Assembly (NCBI RefSeq): GCF_032191835.1
Contig: NC_083243.1
Coordinates: forward strand, 160,828,001-160,892,000
Direction of reading: 5' to 3'
DNA from: Heteronotia binoei
Taxonomy: Eukaryota
DNA length: 64,000 nucleotides
This document shows, piece by piece, positions 58,251 to 64,000 of the stretch. The notes below the pieces were generated by a model. That model had not been told where the DNA came from. It made no database searches and was given only the letters and a program-made list of their open reading frames with translations. How positions within the stretch are numbered: the stretch's first letter is position 1; each line of letters begins with the position of its first letter. The position numbers were made by a program, and so were the translations under genes.

Positions 58251-59240
58251 TTACCACCAAGAGTAGCGGAAGTTATCCTGAATGCCAAAAAACCTTCTAC
58301 CAGATGCTCATACCAGTGCAAGTGGAAGCGCTTCTGCTCCTTCGCATCCTCTCAACAACTTGATCCACAGTCTGTACCTCTCCCTTAAGTCCTGGAATAC
58401 CTGCTGTCTCTACAGGTGTCGGGTCTCAGTTATTCTTCTTTAAAGGTTCACCTTTCAGCCATTTCTGCTTTCCATGAGCCTATTGACGGTCAAACCGTTT
58501 TCTCTCATAGACTGTCCGAATCATTCCTTAAGCGCATGTTGCACCTTCACCCTCCTATCAAACCGATTGTGCCAGTTTGGAGTATGTCGTTAGTTCTTGC
58601 ACAACTTATGAAACTCCCGTTTGAACCCTTGGCCACTGTGGACCTTAATCTTCTCTCTTGGAAGACTGCCTTGTTGGTTGCTCTTACTTCTGGCAAGAGG
58701 GCCAGTGACTTGTGTGCCTTCTGCTCTGACCCACCTTATGCAGTTTTTCATAGGAACAAGGTGGTCTTGAGAGCGGATCCTGCTTTCTTACCCAAGGTTG
58801 TATCGAAATTTCATCTTTCAACTTCTACTTCGTTGCCCACGTTTTTTCCTAATCCTAAGGACTCTGGACAAAGAGCTCTACACACCCTCAACATCAGAAG
58901 AGCTTTGTCTTTTTACCTCTCTAGTACACAACCGTTCCGAAAGGACCCTAACTTATTTGTGGCCTATGGCAATCATCAAAGAGGACACAAAATTTCTACC
59001 CAGAGACTCTCTAAGTGGGTATCCATTGCAATCCGGTTGTGTTATGAAGTTGCTAAGCAACCTTTACCTGAAGGCCTTAAGGCTCACTCGACTAGAGCAG
59101 TCTCGACCTCCTCGGCCTTCCTGGAGGGCGTCTCCTTAGAGGACGTCTGTGCTGCTGCATCATGGTCCTCGCCGTCCATGTTCGTCTCACACTGCCTTGG
59201 ACGTTCGTGCCAGACGGGACGCCTCCTTCAGCCAAGCGGT
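58230..59240 (+). pseudogene. DIRS tyrosine recombinase (disrupted)
   Basis: KPSTRCSYQCKWKRF, SSLKVHLSAIS, SGKRASDL, HTLNIRRAL, HSTRA. In-frame TAA at 58386-58388. The expected catalytic HY reads HC (cactgc) followed by a frameshift. Confidence 0.9.
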
Positions 59241-61897
59241 CCTCAGGTCCATCTTCCACTGAAATCATTCCAGGTGAGTGCATGCATACATTGTAAGTAT
59301 GAAGATGTTTTTTTCTTGCCAGCACCCACCTTCCTTTTGACTTTTAGCTTGCTAGTCACCCATGTGTGGGACTGCACAGAGACCACGATGAAGATAAACA
59401 GGTTGCTTACCGGTAACTGATGATCTTTGAGTAGTCATCTGTGCAGTCACACACGCCCACCCTGCCTTCCCCTCTGCTGGCTTTTTCTGCCTTGGTTTTC
59501 ACCTTTGTAGACTGTCAGTAGCGGCTGGAAGAAACTGAGTGGGAATGGCGTCTCCCGCTCGCTCCAGGCTTGCGCAGTCGATGTCTGCTCCCCAGGGCGA
59601 GCGGAAAGTGCGCCAAAAAATGCTCTAGGTGAGCTGTTGGAGACTCCGAGGAATGGATCCGTTGCCTGCGGCAAGACCCATGTGTGTGACTGCACAGATG
59701 ACCACTCGAAGATCATCAGTTACAGGTAAGCAACCTGTTTTTCTTCTCTTTATAGAAAGTACAATCTTTTCTAATTCAAGAAGATGGCCATTTAACTGGT
59801 AAACAGACATATATAAGTTTATTTCAAAAAAGGAGCTTGGTCTCCACACCTATATGTGACTGTCTACAACAGTCCTGTCTGGCTTTCTCAGGAGCCTGCT
59901 CTTTCAGATCCCACTAACCATCTCAGTACTTCTGTAAATTCTTAACTTCACCTTATGTACAGGGGAGATAGGCTCTTCTTGTTCTTGGTGAAAGAACTCT
60001 CAAGAAGTAACTATAGCCTATTATACATGGGTGCTTTCCTTTGCTTTCACTGTGCATCCATTGGGTATTCTTTGTCATTCTGCATTGATTTCCCTCCCTT
60101 TAGTGCTCAGTTCACTTTCCGGTCACTGTTTCCCTACATTCTCTGAGAGTGTTTTTGTGCTGATTTTACCCTTGTTTCACTTCCAAGCTGAAGGTAATGA
60201 AAAAGCATACAGATTCCCTTGAATTTCCCCCCAACCTTTCGCCACCCCTTGAAGGTCACTCCTTGCCTATATCAAGGTCATTCTACCCACTCTGCACCTT
60301 CTACCATCCTCCTCCCTTTCTTGGTGTGCAAGCTTCATTTTTCCTCAGTTTTAATTTTTAAAAATAATTTTTTTACAAGTGGCATGGTTCTAGTTATATG
60401 AGAAAATTGCCAGTCTCGGATTGCAGAATAAAAAAAATTAAAACAATGGAGGGAGGGGGAGTTTAAAAGGAGCTGCACGAGGTTTAGTTCCCTGTTGGTA
60501 TTGATTTGAAAAGGGGATCAGAGAGAAGGCAAATATCAGTGTCCTCAGTACAAAAAAATGAGGATTTCAGTGCTGCATGCAAACAAAATAAAGTGGGGGA
60601 GGGGGGATCATCGGTACAGAATGATATTGACATGAGTTGTAAAGAGAGAGAGAGAGAGAGAGAGAGACATTGGCATGGGAAGACTAAAGCTTTGAAAATA
60701 TTTTTCCCTTTACTTCTTTAGTGAACAAAGCTGGGGAGTGGGGCCATTTCAGCAGTCTCTGGAAGCCTAACATTAAAATGGAAGCTGAGCTACATGGACC
60801 TTCTGTGAATTTAAGAATAATTTGGGATTGATCTGTTTGAAGGACAGTGCAAACCTCTCAGAACAGGCTCTAAAAACTGCCAAGATCATGACCAGTTTGC
60901 AGGATCAAATTAGAGAATCACAAAAAAGAAAACCCTGCAAATTTTTATAGAAAGAGCAGGAAATTAGTGTTGTATAGTAGTAGTTGTATAGTACTTTTGC
61001 ATAGTTGCATAGTAACACTAATTTCCTGCTCTTCCCCCCAATTTTTTCACTGTAGTGGCACAAGATTAATAAAGCTCGCCAGAGGTTCTGCCAGAGGACT
61101 CCTCCCTCATGCAAATTGCAGCCCTGGGCAAAGCATGGTGAAGTTACAGCCAACTTTACACATGCACACACATACACATTGACAATGATCACAGCTTCCT
61201 ATTCCAGTGTTAGTTGGTTTTGCCATGCATTCTATACACTCAATATGTTTTCCCATATTATGAGATGGTGTGACTCTTTTCCATTTTTCACACTGGCGAA
61301 TAACACAGCAGAGAATCCCTAGTGCATAGAAAATGGGGCTTTACAGCTGCTTGTCAGTTTCAGAAAAAGTCTGGTCAGTTTCAATAGTGAGTTTTCCCTC
61401 TTTGCCTGCCTTCCTTTCTGTCCCCTTTCATTCAATGATCTAATGCTAAAATGCATTCACAAAACCTGAACCATAAGGATTTAAATGGAAGACACTTGTT
61501 GGATACTATGGCACAGTTATGATGGGGTAATTGTGTAAATTGCAAAAAAAAAAAACTTTGGATGCCACCTCCCGCATATCACAAGTAATGTCCTACCCTG
61601 ATTTAGAAAGGTGCTCTTTTAAAATTGTAGCTGCAGGATAAATACACCGGAGGAAAAAGAATGGTGCATAAGGCGGGCACAGAATCTGAAGTCAAGATTT
61701 GAAAATCTGCAGTAAGATGTGCATGTATAATGGGCCTATGACTCGGGAGAAAGTGTGGTTTGGATAACAAAATTTATCCCATACCCAGTTTATCAATAAA
61801 AACTTGTCCCACTGCCTCAAGTCATGTCATATACAAACAGAAAAACAGAATAAGAAAAGAGAACAGTGTGAGGAGGAGAAAGACAACAGCAACTTAC

Positions 61898-62081
61898 CCT
61901 TTGCTAAAAGAATTTGCTTCAAGCCAAGCCCTGACTTCTTCAGCATTGGACTCAAAAGTCAGGGGTACATGAATTTGCTGTGCCTTCTCAACTTTAAAGT
62001 TTCTTTGAGGAGGCTGCACTTTAATATTAGTAATCTTTTTCAGCAGTTCATCATTGACCTCATCCATATGATGGATCAGTT
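61898..62081 (-). CDS. EPS8L2: EPS8L2 coding exon, 184 nt
   Basis: tgtttttag/gtaagt bounded. (E)[60 protein letters not shown], close to recalled human [20 protein letters not shown]...[12 protein letters not shown]. Confidence 0.93.
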
Positions 62082-63469
62082 CTAAAAACAGATGGCGGGG
62101 GGATTAGATCAACCAATTTTTAGTCAATTATCTATTTTAATTATCTTCCATTTAATAATTTTCAGTATATCTGAATATATTATCAGATTCTTAATATAGA
62201 AAAATTCTCACATACTGAAGGAAGTACAACTTATATTTTAATGAACAAAAGTCAGCAATCATTAGAAAGAACATCATTAATGTTTTCTTTTTCATTCTCA
62301 ATTTTAGTAAACAAATCTAAGGTAAAATTACTTCAAAAACATGTCCTTACATCTCATCTACACTGATTACAATTCTTCCTTAGTTAAAATTAGTCCCCAC
62401 TGACACTAGACAATGAACTCTTTAGTTGATTAATCTATTGCTTAAATCATGTAGCCCTGCAAAGTATTAAAAGTATGCTCAAAACAAACAAGTCACTCCC
62501 TTATAGAACTGTTCACGTGGATAGAGATGATTTGAGGAAGGCACAGGATTTGACTACTTCAGCTGCTTTGTTGAGCTAACTCCATGTAATAAAAAAGATA
62601 GCCCTGATGCCAGTTCATTAAAAAAAAAATAAAAGCATTGGTGGGAGGCAGGTGAGAGTGCAGAAGTGGGGATGTGTGTGATAAGAGGGTTGTTGGATAT
62701 TATTGCTGATAGTTTCTCTACCCTGAATTGTCCTTGTGGTGAAGCATGTCTGCTCTGGCCTGCAGGCCCTGTCCAACCTTTGTCCACTGTGCCCTCCAAG
62801 GTTTATCCAACACCTGTTTCTCAGGTAGCCTGCTGCCACCACATGACCTTTGTAGGAATTGCCCACTGGGAGGGCCAGGACTCCCAGCTTTCCTTCCAAG
62901 ATCTGAAGCCCTCCCTCTGTGTTGCCCACTGCCCAGCACCAGGTGACCACGGAGATGGTTTACTGCCTTGTACACCCTTGGAGGAACTGCCTGCCTTCCC
63001 TCGGTGCGCCTTTTAAAATAGTATGTCTGAGATGGTGGAGGTCTATGTGGTATACAGAACCACCACCTGGATCCAAAATTATAAAGTATTTATTAAAATG
63101 TTCACCAGCATACTTTTAGCACAGCACCAGATTGAGCAAGAGATTAAAAAGAAATGGGTAAAGTGCAAATTCCTCTGCCCCTCTCTCTATGCATGCCCAA
63201 TCAGATGTTAAAATATAGGACAGGCTCCTAAACTTATAAAGTTACAAATCTCTGGAGTTCCATACCTTGAAGCTTCCTCCAGCTCTCCAGTTAGGCAAGT
63301 GCATGGTCAGTGGCAGCCTGCTTCAGACCTCAGTTAAGAGTTCTGTTTGCCTTGGTGGAAACAGAACTTTTTCCTTGCTCCCCTGAGTTTTATAACTTCT
63401 CTTTTCCTTATGCACTGACCAGTTCAGCAAACTTCCAAAAGAAAAAAAATGTATTTCTTCATAGTTCTC

Positions 63470-63663
63470 CAGGACCGGATCTACATGTTTTGTTTTGTTT
63501 TTTTTTGGGGGGGGGGGGCAAAATTAAAAAATGACGCCCCCTTATGGGTCATTCTATCTTATGTTCCCATAAAATACAATGGACTTCATACCCAATTTGG
63601 CGCCCTCCTTCTGTTGGTGCCTGGGGCAAGCACCCCCCTCTGCCCCCCCTAGATCCAGCCCTG
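63470..63663. mobile_element. hAT MITE
   Basis: TIRs caggaccggatcta / tagatccagccctg with an exact 8-bp TSD tagttctc (63462-63469, 63664-63671). Confidence 0.88.
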
Positions 63664-63904
63664 TAGTTCTCTTAACTGTCTTCCTCAGGCCAGGTCAGCA
63701 AAGTGTTTCTGGGAGCTTCTTCCTGGAGCCTTTCTAGTCTAAAGTCCTCCAAATCTCTTTTCCCTGCTTGGAGAAGGGGGAGACCTTGACCCACCTTGCT
63801 ATCTCACCTTGTATGCCAATATTTATAACTAATTAGGTCTATTACAGCTGAGTCTAATTGTATTCTATTTCCATAAATTAATATTAATTTGCCTTTGTAT
63901 CTTA

Positions 63905-64000
63905 TAAGAACATAAGAGAAACCATGATGGATCAGACCAATGGCCCATCCAGGTTAACGCTCTGTGTCACACAGTGGGCAAAAAACCAGGTGCCATCAGG
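63905..64000 (-). mobile_element. CR1 3' end (runs off the window)
   Basis: ataagaacataagagaaaccatgatggatcagacc...ctctgtgtcacacagtgg, same terminus as 19169. Confidence 0.85.

Larger units (their letters stand above)
53672..59740 (+). mobile_element. DIRS1-type tyrosine-recombinase retrotransposon, structurally complete (~6.07 kb) but disabled; antisense in an EPS8L2 intron
   Basis: Left ITR 53672-53858 and right ITR 59527-59740 (non-identical). ICR 59362-59454 is complementary to both termini. gag, RT/RNase H/MT and YR regions are present. No TSD seen. Confidence 0.96.

Noticed and set aside
63808-63847. Possible EPS8L2 upstream exon containing KYW with a gtgaga donor
   Set aside because: No polypyrimidine tract, and the phase needed to join the 62081 exon gives an immediate stop.

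Overview
Vertebrate genomic DNA, most likely a squamate reptile and probably a gecko (inferred from Sauria/Squam-type SINEs and reptile CR1/DIRS/hAT repeats; species cannot be confirmed). The gene order matches human 11p15.5. The window holds the last three coding exons of GATD1 (+, 908-3013), the complete 8-exon TALDO1 gene (-, 36173-17693, 337 aa, CpG-island promoter) and the last three coding exons of EPS8L2 (-, 62081-48456). The rest is rich in transposons: a full-length L1 with two intact ORFs and a 16-bp TSD (4876-10887), a 6-kb structurally complete but mutated DIRS1-type element (53672-59740), an older decayed DIRS (28362-32335), CR1, L2 and RTEX-like LINE fragments, SINEs, hAT MITEs and a hAT transposase fossil. 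The most unusual observations are: (1) a ~570-bp non-coding mini-DIRS that keeps the whole ITR plus internal complementary region architecture (44471-45040); (2) a minimal hammerhead ribozyme motif in the sense orientation of TALDO1 intron 2 (24154-24185); (3) an AUGAUG stop-start junction between L1 ORF1 and ORF2, with no poly(A) tail on the element; (4) a perfect 25-bp palindrome at 16834-16887. All identifications were made by reading and recalled homology, with no database search.
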